Below, one piece after another: positions 60,136-64,000 of a DNA stretch of 64,000 nucleotides; position 1 is the stretch's first letter, and every line of letters starts with the position of its first letter. Under the pieces are notes generated by a model, which saw only the letters and a program-made list of their open reading frames with translations, did not search any database and was not told the origin of the DNA. The position numbers and the translations under genes were made by a program. Source of the DNA: Macrostomum hystrix (taxonomy: Eukaryota > Animalia > Platyhelminthes); assembly GCA_950097015.1 (NCBI GenBank), contig CATNEN010000038.1, positions 31,248,001 to 31,312,000 of the forward strand, in the 5' to 3' direction.

Positions 60136-63100
60136 ATGCTGCTGATGCTGTTTTTCTGAGTCATTGCCAGCGCCGTTGTTCAGCGAGCTCACGCTGGTGT
60201 TCGCTGGCGAAGAGCAAGCGTTGCAAATCTCCCGGGTGCATTTCGGCTCACTATCGCAGCAGTTGCTGCTGCTGCTGCTGCAGTCCTTGATGCTATTGTT
60301 GCTATCATCATTGTCCTTTGTCGGCTTTTCTGCTGTTTGTTAGACACAGGTCATGACTAATACTCGTAATAACAAATTATTTCAAATATCTTATATTTGG
60401 CATAATTTTTCTAAAGGGTGGAAAATTTAGATCCATATTTAAGACGAAAATCGATCATTCATTTTGGGAGCTACCGGAAAGTGCGGTGTGTATTTGAAAT
60501 ATTTCCTTGGTCTTTCCCCAGGGGAAAAACAGAGCTCATTTTCAACTCACCGGTATCATCGCCATCGGCGTCTTTGCCCTCGACTGCGGCTGCCGCGTTG
60601 CCCCAGGCGCGCATAATCTCATCAATCAGTGACATTTCGCTGTCACCCGGTTCGCTGCCGTTGACACAGTCAGCCAGCTCCGGCTTCCAGTCGTCATCGA
60701 GGATGTCGTCGCCAACGTCCAGACAGTCGCCGTACGCGCTGGTCGAGGAGGCGGCCGCGATTGAATCCACGCCAAGGCTGAGGCTGGAGCCCAGACGGCA
60801 ATAACCTGACTGCTCTCGGAGGCTGTCAACTTGACGCGACTGCGGGGCTCGATTACGATAGGCGACAGCGGAACCGGCGTCGGACAGATCGTCGTCAGCG
60901 GATTCCGTCTGATTTGCCGGAGGCGGCTCGCAGGTTGGCGTGAGATCGAGCTCGGCAAGGCAGGCCACGTCGCCGAACACAGTGCCATCAGCGCCGACAT
61001 GACCGGCGTGTCGGAATTCGGTCCTGCGCGGCTCTGAGATCATGTCCGATGTGACGCGACGTCGGCGCGTCTGTCGGCGAAGGATTTCAGCGGAGGCATC
61101 GTTGCTGATTGCTGCTGGTTGACCAACTGGTTGATAATCAGATTCCGGCGGTGAAGTTGGTGCGTGATGCAATAGTCGTGTCTGGGCAGCTTCTGTAGAA
61201 AGTTAATTCGACGTGTGAATATGCATCAGACACGCTGTCGAATACTGTTCTGTCTACTGACTGAAGACACTCACTTTTGAAACGACTGATTCGCTCCCCG
61301 AACTCCCTGGCATAGGAGGTGCCGAGAGTGGCTCGCCTCGTTACAGGCGTTGTCGAACACGTGGTCGACGCTTCTACAATTGGCCCAGTCAATGATGTCG
61401 TGACGCTTGGATCGAATCTGCCTACGCTGATGACGTCATCAATTTTATCGGCTGACGGCAGTCGGCAGCCGAGCCAAGTGCCGCCATCAGGCAGGCGTTT
61501 ATCGTCAAGCACAATCACAATATCGCCGCGTTTTAGGCCGAAATCCAGCGGAGTTTTTTGCGTTTGGTCGCGCACAGTCAGCCGACGATCCGGTATTATC
61601 TTTGGCAGGTGAAGAGCGAGCTGCGCAAAGCTCGCGCGCTGGTGAGGCTGAACCTGCCAGCATCGCCTAATAATCACCTCGTGGTAGTGCCTGATAGGAC
61701 ATGTCAGTGGACAAGCTGGCGGGTCTCCGGCTGTGACATCGATCCGTGAAAACGGTGGCTTCTCACCGTAGGCGAACATCTCCCATAGGGTGACGCCGAA
61801 GGACCAAACATCGGCCGCGATTGTCGGACGGTCCGGCTGCTGTTCGGGAGCTGACCTGGCATTTTGTTATTTTTGTTAATCATTTTAAATAATAATGAGT
61901 GCGGAGCGCCCCGATTTTAATCCGCAACCAGCGTGGAGGTAATTTAGTCCATTTCACTGACTCCTGAGATACCGTGCGAAGGACCAGGCTTTCTTATCAT
62001 CAAGCACTGTGAACGTTCACTGTGCATTTGGGGTTTCGCCATCATGGGCGCAAGGTGGGGTGAGTGGCAGAGCGGTCCAATGCGTTTGGCTCTCGCACCA
62101 AGGTCCCTGAGCTCGATTCCACGGCGAGGCCACATTCATTTGGAGCTTGGGGGGCATGTCGGGCAATTGACGCCCTTGAGGGCCAACCTCCAAGGCACAG
62201 TGAAAGTGTACACTGCCAGACCATGAGAAAGTCAGCGCAGATGTACACACCTGTGTACCTGTGTGAGCGTATGCCTGCGTACAGTATCTGTGTGCGCGTG
62301 TGCTCATAAGTCAGCGAGATGGGCATAATTGCCTCCTCGGTGGCTGCGGGTCTAGTGTCACCGAATGATGTGCCATTGCCTGCAGCCCTCCTGCAAATGC
62401 ATTATATATATATATAATATCATTCTTATCATAGGCATAAATTCCATGACAAGCCGCCAAGCCTTCTCTCTGCGGCAGCGCCTAAAATGAATGTGGCCTC
62501 GCCGCGGAATCGAGCTTAGGGACCTTGGTGCGAGTAGAAAACGATTCAAGCCGCCATGACTCAACAATGTTTGAGCTAGCTCACAATGAAAGATCACCCT
62601 ACCAGGCACGTGACAGCTCTTTGTCGTCGCTGCCTGGTACAGTTCTACTGAGCAGTGCAGAGTGAGCAATTTTAACTCTGTCATGTGCAAACACGAGCAC
62701 ACTACGCGCTGATAGGCGGCCGTGCGGTTGGTCGCGGTTCTCCAGGTAGGACATCGCCTCAGCCACCTGTTGGGCCAGGTGACACAGGGCGCCGGGATGC
62801 AGGTGACGGCGAAGTCGAGGCTCGCGCAGACAGTCGAGCAGGGACCTGGCAGGAGTCCATGAGGGTTTATCAGGTTAGTTCGCTAGTTTGGAGTATGAAA
62901 ATTAATGTATAACAACAATTTGTTACACCTGCTCTTATGGGGCCTATCACAGCTGTTCAGTACATGGACTGGGGGGGACGCCACACCCACCTTCAATAAA
63001 CCCAGCTGATGCTGGTACCCGTTTAAGAACTGGAACAGTTGAAGTAACGCAAAGTGTCTAGCTAATGGGCACAAATCGAACCCCGACCTTTAACTCGCGT

Positions 63101-63903
63101 GTCCGACCAGGCAAAAATCCAGAAAAAACTAACCCGAACGGCGCCAGCTCCATGACGAGCATCTGTACTCCATTGCGTCCGTTCCCATCTGTACAGGCCA
63201 GTCCCAGCAGGCGGAGAACACTGCGATGTCGCAGACTAGCCAACCTATCTAGCTCAGCGTTGTCTTTGTCCGCAGTCCTAAGTGACCGGACAGCTACTGG
63301 AACAGGGACCGCCGTCGCCTGCCCGCCAGCGGCTAGCCAGGAAGCCTGGCGCAGCGTGCTGGACAGCTGACTGGCCATGCGGAGGCAGTGCATCGGTATC
63401 AATGTCGGCGAGTTGTCCTCAGTTTGGCGACTGCGTGATGATGGCAAAGTGGACGCACTGATCAGCGTCGTTGAGGAAGACGCTACTCGCGACTGGCTGA
63501 TAGGCAGCAGGCGGCGCAGCATCCGCCCCATCAGCGAGGCGGCTCTCCGACGCCGCAATGTCGCCAGTCGCTGATGCAGTCGACGAGCATCGTCGGAGCT
63601 GAAGCAGCCGTCGAGAATGCCGCTTAGTTGGCGGCCTGGGAGGTTGGCCAGCTCCGAGGGCGACGGTGTGCCACACAGGCGACGGTTCAGCTCGGCGAAA
63701 TGTCGGTCTACACCAGCATCAAGCAGGAAGTGGAACAGTTCCGATACCACACAATGACCGGCTGTGCTACAGTCATTGTCCGCATCTATGACAGCAGTAT
63801 CTGGCGATGCCACCGACGATACTGTCGAGTTGGCTTCGCTGAATGGCGTCGAACGCTTGTTGCGTCGGCCTCTTGGCAGGGTGGCAAAGTGCAGAGCAGC
63901 CAT
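59748..63903 (-). CDS. ACK/TNK2-family protein (SAM-like, pseudokinase, SH3, CRIB). Six exons: 63903-63134, 62845-62603, 61855-61275, 61192-60551, 60332-59881, 59786-59748; ~908 aa
   Basis: Kinase-fold motifs MLVMELAPFGSLLDCLR, WSAPE and DVWSFGVTLWEMFAYGEKP, SH3 LKRGDIVIVLD..W..GRF, and CRIB ISEP..FRHAGHVG. All introns are GT-AG with consistent phase. The last exon is the least certain. Confidence 0.88.
62055..62345 (+). mobile_element. SINE family 2 copy in ACK-like intron 2
   Basis: Similar to the copies at 32499 and 42922. Confidence 0.8.
62445..62550 (-). mobile_element. SINE family 2 fragment, inverted
   Basis: Reverse complement of CTCGCACCAAGGTCCC..GCTCGATTCCGCGGCGAGGCCACATTCATTT. 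Confidence 0.8.
62910..63110 (-). mobile_element. Degenerate SINE family 1 copy in ACK-like intron 1
   Basis: Reverse complement of GGGTACCAGCATCAGCTGGG..TTGAAGGTGGGTGTGGCGTCCCCCC. Confidence 0.8.
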
Positions 63904-64000
63904 AAGGCTCGCTGCGTTGACTAACTGGTTGTGTCTTCAGTCTTGTGTGTCCTGATTGTTTGTGTTAGTGATGGCCAAGCTGGTTAAAGTGTTTTGAAAC

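Overview
Repeat-rich eukaryotic (invertebrate-like) DNA with GT-AG introns, tRNA-derived SINEs and many satellites. A flatworm such as Macrostomum is my guess and is not shown by the sequence. Layout: (1) 1-15.7 kb is a 4-copy ~4 kb tandem array. Each copy holds a hidden two-exon Ser-rich ORF plus three satellites. (2) Two intronless IAP genes (BIR-BIR-RING, minus strand) share a near-identical GC-rich core but have divergent ends. Between them lie a MITE-like cluster, a decayed Ty3/Gypsy pol with its 3' LTR, a Helitron derivative and a satellite. (3) A very young 9.36 kb LTR retroelement (32988-42349, minus strand) has 2.3 kb LTRs, a tRNA-Leu PBS, a PPT and a short capsid-only gag, but no pol. 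It carries an antisense three-exon gene for a 95-aa protein with a C-terminal transmembrane helix. This is the best candidate for an undescribed system. It sits inside a SINE that is itself inside another SINE. (4) The rest holds an intronless peptide-type GPCR, large satellites, an ABHD17-like hydrolase and a six-exon ACK-family gene whose kinase domain has lost all canonical catalytic motifs. All splice models were built by hand with phase checks and have no transcript evidence.
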